From contig NW_027590159.1 of the NCBI RefSeq assembly GCF_964213995.1, forward strand, positions 124,001 to 188,000: a stretch of 64,000 nucleotides of DNA, written 5' to 3'. Both the position numbers and the translations under genes were made by a program. The stretch comes from Mustelus asterias (lineage: Eukaryota). The first letter of the stretch is position 1, and each line of letters begins with the position of its first letter. A model generated the notes under the pieces. It worked only from the letters and a program-made list of their open reading frames with translations, was not told the DNA's origin and made no database searches. Positions 39,325 to 52,451 of the stretch are shown in pieces.

Positions 39325-40578
39325 AAGAACAAAGAACAATACAGCACAGGAACAGGCCCTTCGGCCCTCCAAGCCCACGCCGCTCCCCGGTCCAGGATTG
39401 AATCCTGAATCCAGGATCCCCGCCCAATTTTCCAGCCTATCTACATACCAATATCCTATCCACCGAGCTGTCCCTCACAGCTACGATGCTTTGTTCATTA
39501 CAACCTATTAACTTACCCCACCCCCCCATTCCAGACCATGTGATCTCCAGGGAGAGGCGAAAACCCAGAGTGAAAAACCCCAGGGCCAATATGGGGAAAA
39601 AAAATCTGGGAAATTCCTCTCCGACCCCCTGAGGCGATCGAAACGAGTCCAGGAGATCACAATGGCCCTGATCACAAAATGCTTCCCAACCCTAGTCATT
39701 TCCACTTCCACGAACACCATATGAATTCCCTGCCCCCGAGACAGGTTCCCAACTATCCGCAGTCTCACTCTGTACTGGCACCAGCAAGATGATCATAGAA
39801 TGAAGCCTTGAAACGAGAAACCAGGAACAATTAGCCCGCGCCGCTCCCTGGTCCAAACTAGACCACTCTTTTGTATCCCTCCATTCCCACTCCGTTCATA
39901 TAGCTGTCTAGATAAGTCTTAAACGTTCCCAGTGTGTCCGCCTCCACCACCTTGCCCGGCAACCCATTCCAGGCCCCCACGACCCTCTGTGTGAAATATG
40001 TCCTTCTGATATCTGTGTTAAACCTCCCCCCCTTCACCTTGAACCTATGACCCCTCGTGAACGTCACCACCGACCCGGGGAAAAGCTTCCCACCGTTCAC
40101 CCTATCTATGCCTTTCATAATTTTATACACCTCTATTAAGTCTCCCCTCATCCTCCGTCTTTCCAAGGAGAACAACCCCAGTTTCCCCAATCTCTCCTCA
40201 TAACCAAGCCCCTCCATACCAGGCAACATCCTGGTAAACCTCCTCTGTACTCTCTCCAAAGCCTCCACGTCCTTCTGGTAGTGTGGCGACCAGAACTGGA
40301 CGCAGTATTCCAAATGCGGCCGAACCAACGTTCTATACATCTGCAACATCAGACCCCAACTTTTATACTCTATGCCCCGTCCTATAAAGGCAAGCATGCC
40401 ATATGCCTTCTTCACCACCTTCTCCACCTGTGACGTCACCTTCAAGGATCTGTGGACTTGCACACCCAGGTCCCTCTGCGTCTCTACACCTTTTATGGTT
40501 CTTCCATTTATCGTGTAGCTCCTCCCTACATTATTCCCACCAAAATGCATCACTTCGCATTTATCAGGATTGAACTCC
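39325..40578 (-). mobile_element. Young-looking 5'-truncated CR1-type LINE with a long 3' UTR
   Basis: Uninterrupted 240-aa ORF 39858-40580, ~530-bp UTR, ttctttg-type tail. Confidence 0.9.
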
Positions 40579-41096
40579 AAATAGGGTGAAACATTCTTGT
40601 ATCTTATTTTTAAAACCTCAGCCCTTTAACTATTTAAACAGGTAAAATTCAGTCCAAGAAAACTAATCCACATTGAACTCGAAAAAGAAACACTGAAGTT
40701 ACTGAAAATCCCGTCTCAAAACAGAAAATATTGGAAACACTCAGCAGGTCAAACGTCGTCTTTGGAGAGGGAAACAAAGTGACTGTTTCGGGTCGTTGAC
40801 GTTATATCCAAAATGGAAGAAGTTAGAGATTTAATGGTTTACAAGCAACTACAGAGTGAATGACAAAATGAGGGCAAGAACTATTTTTATGACCTTGTGA
40901 CAGGATGTAAGGTTGGAGTGACTGAATGGCAATGGCGATGATTATTGTTTCCACTGACACAATCTCCCAGATCTTGTTTCCAATCTCGCTCAAAATGAGA
41001 AGAAAGCTTCTTGCTGAATTAAGCATTAAACTCTTCGACTGCCAGGGAAGCAGAGATCACTTTAACTCATTAAAGTGGTTCTTGTGAAATTCATAG

Positions 41097-41350
41097 AGCG
41101 GCACGGTGGGACAGTGCTTAGCACTGCTGTCTCTCAGCGCCAGGGACCTGGGTCCGATTCCCGGCTTGGGTCACTATCTGTGTGTGGTTTGCACATTCTC
41201 CCCGTGTCTGCGAGTGTTTCATCCCACAATAGGAAAGATGTGCTGGTTAGGTGCATTGACCCGAAGAGGCGCTGGAGTCCGGTGACGAGGAGAATTTCAC
41301 AGTAACTTCACTCATGTAAGCCTTCCTTGTGACTGCTAAATAAACTTTAA
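41097..41350 (+). mobile_element. tRNA-derived SINE
   Basis: gcggcacggtgggacagtgcttagcactgctg head; aataaact-like end. Confidence 0.7.
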
Positions 41351-43762
41351 AACAAAGCGGGATGGAAAAAGGTTCAGTTTGAACGGCGACACTGCTGGAA
41401 CTTAACCCAGTAAAAACAGAGCACAACGTGGGACTCAAATGCACGACCCTGAGCGAGACGGACACATATCAGAACATATAATAAAATGCATGGAGACAAA
41501 TATGGCTTTTCCATCTGGTATCTCAGTTCATTCCAATTAGAAAGTTGACGATTAATCAACCGGCAGAATCTTTGAGGTGAGAATGCATTCCTCTCAATGA
41601 TCAACAACTGCATTCACATCTTGCACTTCTTAGCTGGATCTCCTTCCAAACATTGCAAACTCCTCTTACATCTTTCGCCTTAATATTTTTGATCTAAATG
41701 CTCAAACCAGGTGCGGAAACAGCATCTCAGTATGCCCGGAGTCAAACTATCGCCCCATTTTCAGACTTTTCCATCTGACCACCTCTCAGCCCAAAATCAT
41801 CCCACTGAGTCTCTCCTCCCCGCACAACCGCCTCATCACAGGATTAAATCCAGTGAACGTTGGTTAAACATAGACAGCGAGAGAATAGAGGGTGCAAAGA
41901 GCAAAAGAGGGAACAGTGATCGATGCACAGACAGAGAGACGGAAAAGTGAAAGAGTCAGAGACAGGTCTCCAGCGACAAAAAGAGACAGATAGGGAAAGA
42001 GAGTGAAGCAATCACCCGCAACTCAATATACAGAAAACAACTGTCGGAACCCACAAGCATGGGGTCCTCTGAATGGGTGAATAAGGATTAAATGAATGTC
42101 TGCAAGCATTGTCTGGATCCTCTGTGAGTGTGTTGTGCGAACAGAATTTGATTTGATTCATTGTCACATGTATTAACATACAGTGAAAAGTATTGTTTCT
42201 TGCGCGTTATACAGACAAAACATACAATTCATGCAGCAGGAAACGAGAGAGTGCAGAACGTAGTGTTACAGTCATAGCGAGGGTGTAGATAAAGATCAAC
42301 TTAATGCAAGGTAAGTCCATTCAAAAGTCTGACAGCAGCAGGGAAGAAGCTGTTCTTGAGTCGGTTGGTACGTGACCTCAGACTTTTTGTGTCTTTTCCG
42401 GAAGGAGGCTCTCAAACTATACACGTGAGCTCTTGTTCTTGATTGCCCCACAAGAAGAAACTTTTGGTCTACCTTTTCTTTATCAATCCATTTAGAATTT
42501 TATATATGTCTATCAGATCCCCTCCTCATCCTTCTAAACGTTTGCATTTAGTGGGAACATTTCACCTCACTATCAATTCCATGACTCAGCGAATTCAAAC
42601 CCTGTTGTCATTGGCTTAAGGAGGCAATTATGTTCCATCCAAACAGGACATTTTGCAGGAGAAACGTGTCACAAGTTAAAAAGATCTGAGGGGAAAATAA
42701 TGAGCAAACGGACATATGTGAAGTCAGTTTGAAAAACACAGTTCACCGGTGCCGTGGTATCCAGTCGCTTGTGTTCAGCACTCCCCTTGTGATGTCTTGT
42801 TTCAATTCCCGCTTTGGAAAAGAAGAATATTTGATCTCAGCAAACCATTAATAATGATCTGACTTACTCTCTGATCGAAAACAGATCTACTAGAATCAGC
42901 CGATTGAGGTTTGCAAGTTTATATGAGAGCTGGAAATTTCATATGTGCAACAGTTCAAGAACAAACACAGAAAGAGAAGGACAGTGATAGGGTGCATCCT
43001 ACGAACGATTGAGACGTTGTTGCAAGGTAAAATCTGTCTGGTAATTGGTCAGATTTTACCGTTTACGTTGACACTGAATAATGAAACTTTTTCCCGTACT
43101 CTGCATTGAAAAGCATTTGGAAATATTTCTGTCCAGTTTCGAACCGTCGGAAGCGAAAGTGATAATTGCACTGGAGTGTTTGTTATATGTTGTCATTGGC
43201 TGAACACATCACTGGCGCAGAGACAGAAGGCGCCATCTTGCAGGAGAAAGCTGTTTGTGGCGAAAGTGGCGTGAAAATTAAAGTAACAAAAGCAGCGTGG
43301 ATAAATTAAATTCTAAAACACGCTGTAAGCTGCTGGCCTGGTGGTCAGAGTTTGACTCTTTCCCTGCTGTTTAGATTACTGGTCTGGAATTGGAGATGTA
43401 TTGCTCTCATCCAAACTGTGAAAACAAATGTGAGTTATTGCCTGGATGAAGATGAAAGATATAATTTCGCCTCGTGCCCTGAAGTGCAGACCCTGAGCAA
43501 ATTCAACAGGAGGTTCTCTTGTCATTTCTGGCAGGAAATTGGGAAGAGACGAACTTAAGGACAGTTTAAATGATGCCGACCCTTCACTGCAGCTCATTGT
43601 GTTTCTGACGTGGATGATTTCTGTTTGTTGCGCAATTTAGGTTTACCTGAATCAGTGAAGGAGCAGGCTCATGCTTCCTGATGGCCTTTCCAAACTCCAT
43701 TGCTTTTAATGAATTTCAGTAACATTATCATTAAATAACATGATCGCGATGCATTTCAACGT

Positions 43763-43844
43763 GGTAGCGTGGCCGAGCGGTCTAAGGCGCTGGGTTAAGG
43801 CTCCAGTCTCTGCGGAGGCGTGGGTTCGAATCCCACCGCTGCCA
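43763..43844 (+). tRNA. tRNA-Leu(AAG), near-intact
   Basis: 82-nt match to vertebrate Leu-AAG with a long variable arm; one G-U pair at the anticodon stem base. Confidence 0.93.
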
Positions 43845-44029
43845 GAATAGATTTGAGTTTTGGTCTAACAGCTCAGATTGAGTGCAGGAGTGTGTGCGGT
43901 GTCGTTTTCGTCATGAACAACGAGCAGGGACATTACCAACTTAAAACGTTGTTGGGGTAAAGCAGCGTGTGTTCAAGTGGCTCCTTTCGCGAGCACACAC
44001 AGGGTGAATTTCTGACTGCGGAGTCAAAC

Positions 44030-44155
44030 AACCTGATGAAGGAGCAGTGCTCCTGAAAGCTCGCAATTCCAAATAAGCTTGTTGGACTTTAACCTGGTGT
44101 TGTGAGAATTCTTACTGTTCCCACTCCAGTCCAACGCCGGCATCTTTGCATCATG
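44030..44155 (+). mobile_element. Penelope-like fragment with a degraded hammerhead
   Basis: ctgatga-a-ggagc-agt-gctcc-t-gaaagct followed by gttggactttaacctggtgttgt, as in the 32025 element. Confidence 0.65.
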
Positions 44156-44864
44156 ATATAAATAACAGGATTACAAACAGCGAGACTGTATTCCCTGCCC
44201 AGGAATTAAGGTGATGGACTTGAACTTTCGAAGTGAAGTTCAAATCCTATCATGTACACTTCCCATCATTCCTCGTTCTAACCAGATATTTTCAGAATTA
44301 ACCTGGCTCTTGTGATAACCACCGAACTACAGAAACACGGTGATGACCTCAGGGCAAGCAGATTCGGTTTACTGGAGAAACAACTAGACTGGCTCCAGAA
44401 GCCCATCTTTTGCCCACAGCAATTGATATTACATTGTCTCTGCTGGTTTCTCCTGTCAAAATGAGTAATGATACTTCCTACTGCATTAAAGTTTCGTAAT
44501 AACATGTTCGAGAAAAAGTATTCATGACGTGTAAAACAAATCAACCGAACACCTGACATTTGCGTCATTTGATCACTTTCCCCCCACAAATGCTGCTGCC
44601 TCGAATTCAATGCCTCAGAACACTCATCAACCCTTTTAACAGAGGTGATCCCTATGAGATCTGGTGCTGCAGGGAACGGAATTAATGGAGTAGGATTGGC
44701 TCCCATGTCCCATGGAGTCTCCTCCACAATTTAAGGAGATCATGACGAATCCCAGGAATCAACATCAATTTCCAAACGTATCCTGATGGCCCTTCATTCC
44801 CTTAGATCCCAAAAATATCTCCCCCTGAAACTTCAATATTCTAATTAACTGAGGATCCACAGAC

Positions 44865-45250
44865 CTCTGGCGAAGGGTCATCCGGACTCGAAACATTGGC
44901 TCTGTTCTCTCTCCATAGATGCTGCCAGACCTGCTGAGTTGTTCCAGCATTGTCTGTTTTTGTTTCAGATTCCAGCATCCGCAGTATTTTGCTTTTACCG
45001 CCACCATTTACATTCCCTTTGATTTTTTTTCCATCACAACTTTGTCAACTCTTACCCACGGCTCCCACCCCCGCATCTCCCACACTTAAAGTATTAATCT
45101 CGTCCTCTTTTCGTCTTCAGCTTTGATGACTGACCATACAGATTTGAAATGTTGGCTCTATTCTCTCTCCAGAGATGCCGTCATGCCTGTTGAGATTTTC
45201 GAGCATTTTAAGTTTTTCTTTTAAATTCCAGAATCTGCAGTAATTTGCTG
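44865..45250 (+). mobile_element. Two Penelope-like fragments of the 22148 family
   Basis: ctggcga-a-gggtc-atccg-gactc-gaaac..cagatgctg..ttccagcatccgcagta; further copies at ~46230-46430 and ~40690-40830. Confidence 0.6.
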
Positions 45251-45371
45251 TTGACTGAAGGAGTCATTCGTGTTCGATCTAAACATGAGGTTTTTTTTCC
45301 CCCCAAACCTTTCTCGAGTATTTGAAAAACGCTGAAATGTATCGGTCAGATTAAAAAGTTTGCTTGCATCT

Positions 45372-45443
45372 TCCCTGGTGGTCTAGTGGTTAGGATTTGG
45401 CGCTTTCACCGCCGCGGCCCGGGTTCAATTCCCGGTCAGGGAA
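45372..45443 (+). tRNA. tRNA-Glu(TTC), near-intact
   Basis: tccctggtggtctagtggttaggatttggcgctttcaccgccgcggcccgggttcaattcccggtcagggaa. Confidence 0.9.
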
Positions 45444-46436
45444 TGTCGATTTTACAGCTGCCGACCAGCACATGATTCAGGAGGGGCTGAAATTACCTCC
45501 TGATCGAAAACAGGAGTGATCATTGTGCCAGTTTGAACTACCTGAAGAAACAAAATAAACCCATTTGCACAATCCCGTCAATTGTCCCCGGCAACTTTTC
45601 ATTACATTCCCCTTGCTGCTTCCTCCTGTCAAAATAAATAATAATGTATTCTGCTCCACTAAATTTCACTGTAGCTCACCGCATTCAGAGATCATTCCTA
45701 ACCTCTGCCTCTTCTGTAGCTTCTTGTGGGAAATCTGCTGAACAACATTAGAGATTTGTATCTCATTGTCCATCATTACTGTCTCCATTGCTTCATTCCA
45801 GGTCACTGTCGCTACAGACATAGTCACACAGTCCTTCTACCTTCTGCAGTAAATGATATTCTCTTCCTTTGCTTTCAGATACTTTCACCTCCAGAAACTG
45901 ATTACATGCTAAGTAAAATGTTCTGTTTGGTTGACAGTTTATCATCAATCCCGGGCCTTGGAAGGACTGACTCTGAACGACTTGACCATCCGGCCTCCAC
46001 CATCATCAGATAAATGTTGCCTGATCCTTCACTCCCTGATTCATTGAATCATCCTCCCTTGCTTTCTATCACAGACCATCCCGTTTGTTCTTTTCACAGG
46101 CTGATTCATGACGTTGCCATCAGAAAATGTTGGAAATACTCGGCAGTTAATGATTCGTGGCAAATGCGTGATTATTTCTCAAAGCTGAATTACTCTGAAA
46201 TTGAAAACATTTGGAAATGTTTCTGTAAAGATGAAATACTGCTGATGCTGGTACCTGAAACAAAAAAAAATACTGGAAAATCTCAGCAGGTCTGGCAGCA
46301 ACTGTGAAGAGAGAACAGAGCCAGTGTGTCGATTCAGGAAATCTGATGAAGGATCATCCAGATTTGAAACGTTGGTTTCCCCACAGATGCCTTCAGTGCT
46401 CCTGAGAATTCCAGCATTTTCTATTCCTGTTAAATA

Positions 46437-46530
46437 CGTTTCTGCCCAGGGTTGAACCAGGAAACTTGCGTCTGTACGGCGGACGTAATAAGTACCAGAA
46501 ACGCTGCGATGCAACGATGTAAGGAAACTG
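46437..46530 (-). pseudogene. Decayed tRNA-Val (further remnants ~43125-43172 and ~47526-47598, both minus)
   Basis: Plus strand reads like the reverse complement of tRNA-Val (gtttctgcccagggttgaacc..ggaaac). Confidence 0.5.
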
Positions 46531-48427
46531 GCTCCACAAACACGTCAATTGCCCACAGCAATGTATATTTGCATTGTGTCTGCTGGTACCTCCTGTTAAG
46601 ATGTATAACGATACATTCTACTGCATGGAATTCGCATGATAACATGCACGACCGACCTTGTATTAAGTTGATCTTTCTCTACACCCTAGCTATGACTGTA
46701 ACAGTACATTCTGCACTCTTTCGTTTCCTTCTCAATGAACGATATGCTTTGTGTGTGCAGTGCGCAAGAAAAATGCTTTTCACTGTATGCTAATGCATGT
46801 GACAATAATAAATCAAATCAAAGGTACTCCATGAATTTAATTAATTGAACATTTAACAGTGATGGGCTTCGATGATACGGCTCAACCAATGCTACTGCCC
46901 TGAATTCAATGCCTGAGACTTCAATGCTGTCAGCAGAAGCCATTGGTACCGGATCTGCTATTGACAGTGAACAGAATCAATGAAGTAGAACTGGTTCACA
47001 TGTCCCATTGAGCCACCTCCATGACTCAAACAAGGCAGATCCGCAACCTCAACTCCAATTTCCCAGCTTATCCCAATAGGCCCTTATTCCCTTAGATTCC
47101 AAAAATTGCTCCAGTTCAACCTTCAATCTCCTCATCGATTGAGGATCCACGCATCTCTGGGCGGCTGCAGAATTCTAAAGATACAGAAGCCTTTGGGAGA
47201 AGAAATGTCTCCTTACCTCAGTCATAAATGGCTGACACATGATCCAGAGAATGTAAGCCCAGAGTGCTGACCGAGACACTTTTCGCCATCCTAACCCAAT
47301 TACCCTCACACATTTACCATGGCTAATCCATCTAAACTACATCAACTGCACCGTGAGTGAGACAGTGAAAACAGAAATGCATCAATATGACAGTGGCAAT
47401 TTTACTGAGCGCATTTTTTTCCAATAATTGGTGAAGAACAAATTAATGCTTTGGTGGATCCATATTCAGTTCACATTCAACAACGAACTACAATCTGGGA
47501 ACTTTTAAGCAGTAAATTTCAATCATGTTCGACCCCGTTTCGAATCGGAGAGCCTATCCTGTATGATATGAAAATGATAAACCTTACATGATTGAAACTC
47601 TGCTCATGACCAATGTGACCGGACTAGAATATCAAACCCTGCAGTCTGATTGCCATTTAGAACTTTGTTTTAGCGAATTCTAATTCGACTGAAATCTTTA
47701 GCCATGTGGCATATTCATTGATCTAACAAAAGATTCAGAAAATAAGATTTGTCCCAATTTTTATCCCTTTCTCTGTGACTGCAGTTGTGCAATAGCATTC
47801 AATACATGGCGAAGTGTAAATGTCCTATGGTTGTGAGGTAATGCAATGCTTTAATATTTAACAAAAACAATTTGAAATTACTCAGTTGTTTTGAAAATAT
47901 TTTGCCACTTTGCAAACGCAATAATCGCTATAATTCAGAAACAGCTAACGCATGGAGGTGGTTAGAATTTTAGTTGTCCATAGATGCTGCCAAACCAGTA
48001 GAATATGTCTACCATCTGCTGTTTATATTACAAAAACACGTTTTATCACAATGTAAAATACACAGCAAGTCGGTAATGATCAGTGGAATGAACTTCTGCA
48101 GATCAGTGCTTTTAAATCTACAAAATGCTGAGGTGGAAAGCAGATAGTTTGAAGTGATGAATATCTTCTGTGTGTTACCTCTAAGTTTCACAGGATCAGC
48201 AATGACGAGATTGGTCGGTTTTGGAAATTGAAAGATACACATGAAAAACCGGTGGAACTATTTCACTTCAGTGTCGATTTATTGTTCCAGGTGACAACGA
48301 TTAGTGTTTCACTGGCTGAAGGAGTCACTCGTGTTCTTTCTGGATATGATTTTTGTCAACAAACATTTCTTGGGTATTTAAAATAATGCTGAAATGGAAA
48401 GGTGGGCTGAACATGACACCGTTATCT

Positions 48428-48499
48428 TCCCTGATGGTGCAATGGTTCGGAATCAGCGCTCACACCACCGCGGCCCGGGTTTAATTCCCGGCCAGGGAA
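48428..48499 (+). pseudogene. tRNA-Glu-derived pseudogene (anticodon reads CAC)
   Basis: Glu backbone tccctgatgg..cccggccagggaa with D-arm, anticodon-stem and B-box mutations. Confidence 0.75.
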
Positions 48500-49082
48500 T
48501 TAAAGTGTATTCATCGAGTGCAGCACATGAATGAAGAGGACCTGGAATTACTTCCTCATTGAAAACAGGAGTGATAGTTGATCCTGTTTGAACTGGAGCG
48601 AGAAAAAATCGTTCATTTCCACAATCCCGTCAATTGCCCCTAGCAACTTATTGCATCTGCTGGGGTTGCTCCTGTCAAACGATTACGATACATTCGGCTG
48701 CATTAAATCTGAGCTAGTTACAAATTTCTGGTCGGAAGTGGAACAAAACTGCATTCCTTGTACAAACACACCCAAATCAGCATCAACACTCAGCAATTTC
48801 TCACATTTGAAACCTCATTGGAGTCCCACTACACAAACAATGCATCAAGAGACTCATGCGGTATAGAATTCCACAGGTTCATCGCCCTCAGAGGAAAGAT
48901 ATTTCTCCAATTCGCAGATTTAAGTGGCTCCCTCGTATCCTGCAACCCTGAACATTTGTTCCAGAACTGTCCCCGCAGCCCCCCGGCAGCCATAGCAAAC
49001 CACACCCCTGTGTCGAGTCTCTAAAGCCCTCTCATAATTGTGTAAGATTCAGTGAGATCCCCTCTCATTCTTTTTTTAAAAT

Positions 49083-49342
49083 GATTTATTAGCCACAAGT
49101 AAGGCTTACATTAATATTGTAGTGAAGTTACTGTGCAATTCCCCTAGTCACCACAGTCCGGCGCCTGTTCGGATCAATGCACGTAACCAGCACGTCTTTC
49201 AGAATGTGGAAGGAAACCGGAGCACCCGGAGGAATCCACGCAGACACAGGGAGAACATGCAAACTCTACACAGACAGTGACCAGGCCAGGAATCGGACCC
49301 GGGTCCCTGGGCGCTCTGAGGTAGCAACGCTAACCACTAACC
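49083..49342 (-). mobile_element. tRNA-derived SINE
   Basis: Same family as 41097 and 62160. Confidence 0.7.
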
Positions 49343-49504
49343 ATATTTCCATTCTCCAGAGTTTCTCGCAGGCGATTTGGAATGAGACTCGCTCCCTCAC
49401 TGAACACACTTCAGGCTGGTATGGACAGATTTCTGAATTAACCGGAAATGAAGAGGGTGAGCGGGTAAATGAAATTGAAACCCAGGATTAACCATGAGTT
49501 AAAG

Positions 49505-51771
49505 CAGTGGTTCCCAAACCTTTTTCACTGGGCTGCACTTTCGGAATAAAAATTTGCTCAGGCCACACCGAATTTTTTATTGATAAGAAATCCATTCAAA
49601 AACGAAGAAAAAACAACTCCGAGCAGTGCTAGATTCGAAACATAGAACAAAACTACTTTATAATATGATCATGGGACATCCAGAAAGTATAAAACAATGC
49701 AGCTACGTAAAAACATGATTCATTCCCAAAATATACTTATAGACGAGCCTCTTACATATGTAACCTTATGTAAGTATACAAACTCAATGAGAGGTGTGAG
49801 CTTGTTTTTGTCGGGTGATCTCATTTACTAATTTGAGACAAACAAACTCTCATCTCTTAATCAGCGCAAATGAGCCTTTCTCTTTTCTGGTCTTTGATAT
49901 TTGTCAGAGCTGAAAATCCCTGTTCACAACAATATGTCGGGGAGAACTGTAGAAGAATAGCTAATGCTCTTGAAGAGATGCGTGGATACTGTTTCTGGTT
50001 GTATATCCAAAAAGAGTCCAGTGGCATACTCCCGTGTTTCATTTTCAAGGTGCGATCACTCGCAATGCAGGCATCCTTCTCCTCATCCAATGTCAGACCT
50101 GAACAGCTGGAATTCGCAAAGGGGTCTCTAACCCAGTCGAATTTTTCTGTAGACAACGGTGGGAAGTAATGATCAATCTTTTATACCAGTGTTGCAAGAT
50201 GTTCCTGTATGAGGCCGTACAATTCATTGCTCGTTTTAAAACTTTTTATCAGTGGGAACATTTCGAGGTTATGTTGCATCGCTCTTCCGAGCCAGACCTG
50301 AAGCTTTTGTTTGAATGCAGTTAGTTTGTCTGTACTTGTGAGGATATTGTCATCGCTGCCTTGCAGACTGGAATTGAACACATTCAACCGGGAAAAGATA
50401 TCGGCCAAATATGCCAGCTTTGCACACCAGTCATTGTCAATGTGGTCCAATGGGTTCCCTTCTTGTTCCAAAAATTCTCTTAATTCGTTCTTCAGTTCCA
50501 ACACCCGATTTAAAACTTTTCCGCGGGGCATCCAGAGAACCTCCGAGTGCAGAATTAGGCACTGATATTTTGATTCCATGTTTTTGCAGAGTTGAGTAAA
50601 TAACAGCGCCTTTCGTGGTTTTGCCTTGATGAAGTTCACAATGCGCACAGTCTGATCTAGAACCAACTTCAAATCAGCTACAAGGGTCTTGGTGATTAAT
50701 GCCTCTCTGTGTAAAAAACAGTGAGTTGATATTACATCTGGATTTTTCTGTTTTCTGCCACCAAGCCTCTCACATTCCCTATCACACATGGCGCTCCATC
50801 CGTACAAATTCCAATACAAGAATCCCATGAAATCTCAACTTTTCCCAAATACTCAGACAAGGTTTGGAAAATATCTTGTCCTCTGGTATGTTTTTCAAGT
50901 TCCTTGCAAAATAGAAACTGTGTGATTATTTCGTCGTTGTGAATGAATCTGATATAGGCAAGCAACTGTGCTTTTCCACTAATGTCAGTCGATTCATCAA
51001 CTTGAATGGCAAATTTAGAATTCTTCATACTTTCAGAAAGATGCTTCTCAATATTAGCTGACATATCAACTATTCTTCTGCGAATTGTATTATTAGACAA
51101 AGGAATTTCCATAACTTCTCGCTCAGCATCATCACCAAACAAAGTTTTCACAATCAAGCTGCAGGCAGGCTGAATCAATTTTTCAGCTATTGTGTGTGGT
51201 TTTGTCTGTTGAACAATCAATTCAGTCACTTGGTAAGATACAATCTGCATCTTATCTGAGACTGTCATTCGTTTTTCGACATATGATGGTTGGCATTTCT
51301 CCTGTTCCAAAAGCCTTTCAAAATATTGAACATCCTTGTTTGCCAGATTTCCATGTTTTGACAACAGATGTCTTTTCATCGTGCTTGGGACCATATTGGA
51401 ATTGGAAAGCTTCTCACCACAGATCAAACACATAGGCCGAGGTACGTTTTCATCTCCAGTCCATGTGAAACCGAGACTCAGATAGCTATCCATACATTGT
51501 TGACAAACTTTCTTTTTTGGAGGTTTGCTTGGGCCTGCTACTGGTGTAGAATTAAACGACTGTTCTTCAGCACCCTGTTCGAACGGCGATTCTGGATCAC
51601 AATGTGGACCCGGACCGTCCTCAGCATCACTTGATGCTCTTGCTCTCACTTTGGAAAAATATCTATCCATGTTCAAATGTTTCTTTGATTGTCCTTGAAT
51701 CTTCCCGCCACACTTGCCATCCTCTCTCGCCGCACCAGTGTGGCGCGCCGCACACCCTTTGGGAACCACTG
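49505..51771 (-). mobile_element. hAT (Buster/Charlie group) DNA transposon with a disrupted transposase
   Basis: 14-bp perfect TIRs cagtggttcccaaa/tttgggaaccactg. Transposase from ~51670 to ~49784: BED finger CLICGE..MKRHL..KH, DESTD, CTDGA, HCFLHRE, CEQGFS, QAHTSH*; frameshift near 50780 and stops. Confidence 0.93.
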
Positions 51772-52451
51772 AATGAATCCAATTCTCCTGATTTATGTCT
51801 CCCTACATCAGTGTGTAATGGAACCAGCTCCTGATACAGTGAACACACAAACACGGTGAGGGAGCTCCCTCTGGTGGTGATGTAAGGTAAATGGCCTCTG
51901 TTTGGGAGGTCAATGAATTTCAGATTACTGAAGAATCTTGTTGCAGGATTATGCTGCTGTATTTTTACTTGTTCCTATTATTCTTATTACAATGTAATTA
52001 AATTCAGAAGGGCCCATGCACGGAACTAATATGAATTTCAGTTTGAATCCTCATCAATTGCTTTATCTGTTTTGAATGTTCCAGGCCTTTCTGATAAACT
52101 ATATTCGTGTTACACAATTTGAAGCCACAGCAATAGTGATAAGATTCAAACCCTCAGTAAAGTTCGGTCCACACATTGACAGGATGTAAATTTGACTCTT
52201 AGCTCACATTTACCTGATACACTGTCGGATTTCAGTGTTTCTCCTTCAATTTTAAACTTTTCTCAGAGTTGCCGTTACTATATTTTGTCAAACATATCAG
52301 CTATCCCAGAATGGGGCTTGGGAAACTTATTACGTCTTTCCTGCAACGTGGTGACGAGAACTGTACAGCAAATTCCAACCGTGACCTACCTAGCGTTTTA
52401 TACAGCTCTATCATTGATATAATGTTGAATATTGTGATTGGGCCCTCTGAT

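Noticed and set aside
48428-48499. Anticodon-switched functional tRNA (Glu body, CAC)
   Set aside because: Anticodon stem, A box and B box are all damaged, so it is treated as a pseudogene.
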